From the IMG/VR virus record IMGVR_UViG_3300040758_000113: 64,000 nucleotides of DNA; one strand, given 5' to 3'. Source of the DNA: a virus. Position numbers and translations under genes: made by a program. The notes below the pieces were generated by a model. It was not told where the DNA came from and searched no databases. It saw only the letters and a list, made by a program, of their open reading frames with translations. Of this stretch, positions 62,679 to 64,000 are shown piece by piece (within the stretch, counting starts at the first letter, position 1; the number at the start of each line of letters is the position of its first letter).

Positions 62679-63463
62679 ACATCAGGCTTTCTGTATTCAG
62701 CCATCTCCACTCTTTGCTTTTCGAGACATCTAATACAACGACTGTAATTAGGGGCAACTGGATTGCTACAACACTTACATTCCCCACGGGCAGCTTTAGC
62801 TACCCTTAACCGTTTCTGTCCTTCCGCTCTTTGACACCTTTTTCCGCAATAGATACTCTGACCACTCTTGTTAAGGAAAGATACCCCACATCTGGGACAA
62901 ACCAAAATCTCGTACTCTCGTGGACAAGTTATCCGTACATACCCCAATGCCTCAAGTCTCTTTCGTTCGGCGGCTAACTCTCTGGTGTGCTTGTTATGAC
63001 AAATCTTGCACAATATCCGTCCATTACTTACTTCATATCTAAACTCTGGATAGAGAGACCATGGCTTTATGCGGTCAGCCTCTAACCCATCACTAGACCC
63101 GCATAAGACACAGTGGGGTCCATCTCTTTCAAAGACCGCTTTCCGCCAACGACGAAGCTTACCGGAACGAATCTCTTTCTTTCTATTTCCCGCTATACCG
63201 CCTCGCCAGTTTCCATTTTTATCCCCCTCCTTATGTTTACGCTTGCATTCAATACTACAGGTGACATATCTATAAGCTACTGAGGCGCTTACGGAAAATA
63301 CCTTATTACAAACGATGCACTCCTTTTTGACCTTGTCCTTTTGTAGCCACTCCCTTCTGCACTTATTAGAACAGAGCTTCACAATAGGAACGGAGTTCTT
63401 AGCATAACGACGCTTGAAGTTCCCCCCACAAACGGTGCAATTGCCTCTAATAGTCATTCGCAT
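62675..63463 (-). CDS. HNH endonuclease with multiple Zn-ribbon repeats
   Basis: LCGSSDGLEADRIKPWSLYPEF...ILCKICHNKH; CxxC...CSNKC repeats like 5372..5968. Confidence 0.75.
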   Translation of the reverse strand: MRMTIRGNCTVCGGNFKRRYAKNSVPIVKLCSNKCRREWLQKDKVKKECIVCNKVFSVSASVAYRYVTCSIECKRKHKEGDKNGNWRGGIAGNRKKEIRSGKLRRWRKAVFERDGPHCVLCGSSDGLEADRIKPWSLYPEFRYEVSNGRILCKICHNKHTRELAAERKRLEALGYVRITCPREYEILVCPRCGVSFLNKSGQSIYCGKRCQRAEGQKRLRVAKAARGECKCCSNPVAPNYSRCIRCLEKQRVEMAEYRKPDV

Positions 63464-63504
63464 CCTCTATATAATAGATACGAAGTCAAAAGATATCACC
63501 CCCA

Positions 63505-63975
63505 TTATCCAAAACTAATAGCCTCGGGCATGGGATGCGTCGTCATGTACTGGAAGAACTCTTCATAATTCCTGACCCAATCAACATCAGGAGCGGTGGG
63601 TCGGCGCATGTCGTCAACATAGAGGAGTCTGGCGGGCTGCTCTTCCGCCTTCTTCCTCACCTTTTTGGTCGGGTTAACATAGATTTTCAACAGGTTGGGG
63701 AAGGTGTACGGAGCCATGCACTGCCACGCTTCCTCGGGGGTGAGGGGGTAGACTTCCATGAAGTCCAGACCCATTTGGAGGCGCTTCTTAGCCCGGTGGT
63801 TTCCGTCAATGAGGATGTAGTGTTTCTGCGGTTCGGAGTGAGTCTTGTCCGGCTTGAAAATGAGGGGAGCAACAATACCGGGCTTCTCAGCATCAACGGT
63901 CTGCATGTGTTCCTTATTCAGGCCCACATTCATGAGGTTGATTCTACCCTCTTCCTCAGCCTTGTCATCTTCCAC
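63505..63975 (-). CDS. hypothetical protein (156 aa)
   Basis: ORF near window edge. Confidence 0.5.
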   Translation of the reverse strand: MEDDKAEEEGRINLMNVGLNKEHMQTVDAEKPGIVAPLIFKPDKTHSEPQKHYILIDGNHRAKKRLQMGLDFMEVYPLTPEEAWQCMAPYTFPNLLKIYVNPTKKVRKKAEEQPARLLYVDDMRRPTAPDVDWVRNYEEFFQYMTTHPMPEAISFG

Positions 63976-64000
63976 GGTGCCAACAAAGGCTTTGAGAAAT

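Overview
This 64-kb window looks like part of a large (jumbo-type) dsDNA phage or virus genome, roughly 50% GC by eye, tightly packed with genes on both strands. The anomalies recorded under the first finding mean position-sensitive calls (tRNA ends, intein boundaries, alternative starts) may be off by a base or so. Starts I corrected by hand came from RBS and translational-coupling evidence.

Hand-derived features:
- About 30 tRNA or tRNA-like genes, all on the minus strand, in two arrays (11.1-15.0 kb and 33.3-34.9 kb) plus one at 8.6 kb. Isoacceptor sets read by hand: Pro x3, Ser x4, Leu x4-5, Arg x3, three CAT-anticodon tRNAs, Lys, Asn, Phe, His, Tyr and Gln.
- The arrays are interleaved with HNH endonuclease genes.
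- At least 22 homing-endonuclease-type genes in the window:
  - about 14 HNH;
  - 6 GIY-YIG;
  - 2 LAGLIDADG, one of them inside an intein;
  - 1 endonuclease VII.
- A nucleotide-metabolism block: dCMP deaminase, ThyX and a NUDIX hydrolase.
- A HAD-like hydrolase and a YkgJ-type Zn/Fe-chelating protein.
- A collagen-like (G-Y-T repeat) tail-fibre protein.
- A Clp/Hsp100-type AAA+ ATPase interrupted by a LAGLIDADG intein.
- A Pol-beta-superfamily nucleotidyltransferase.

Most unusual features:
- An 810-aa homolog of the eukaryotic major vault protein (MVP) at 30809-33241.
- Three adjacent giant ORFs (474, 1561 and 1345 aa; 51067-61197, minus strand). Each carries several diphtheria-toxin/PARP/Tpt1-like ADP-ribosyltransferase-fold domains (hhYHGT motif) and a repeated shared ~100-aa module; the 1561-aa protein also has an MNT-type nucleotidyltransferase domain.
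- Several structured non-coding regions: three tandem CUUUCG-type hairpins at 15.5 kb, long ORF-free GC-rich gaps at 10.1-10.7 kb and 36.2-36.9 kb, and a recurring hairpin with CCTATAA in its loop.

All domain calls come from reading motifs in the translations from memory of the families. tRNA folds were done by hand.
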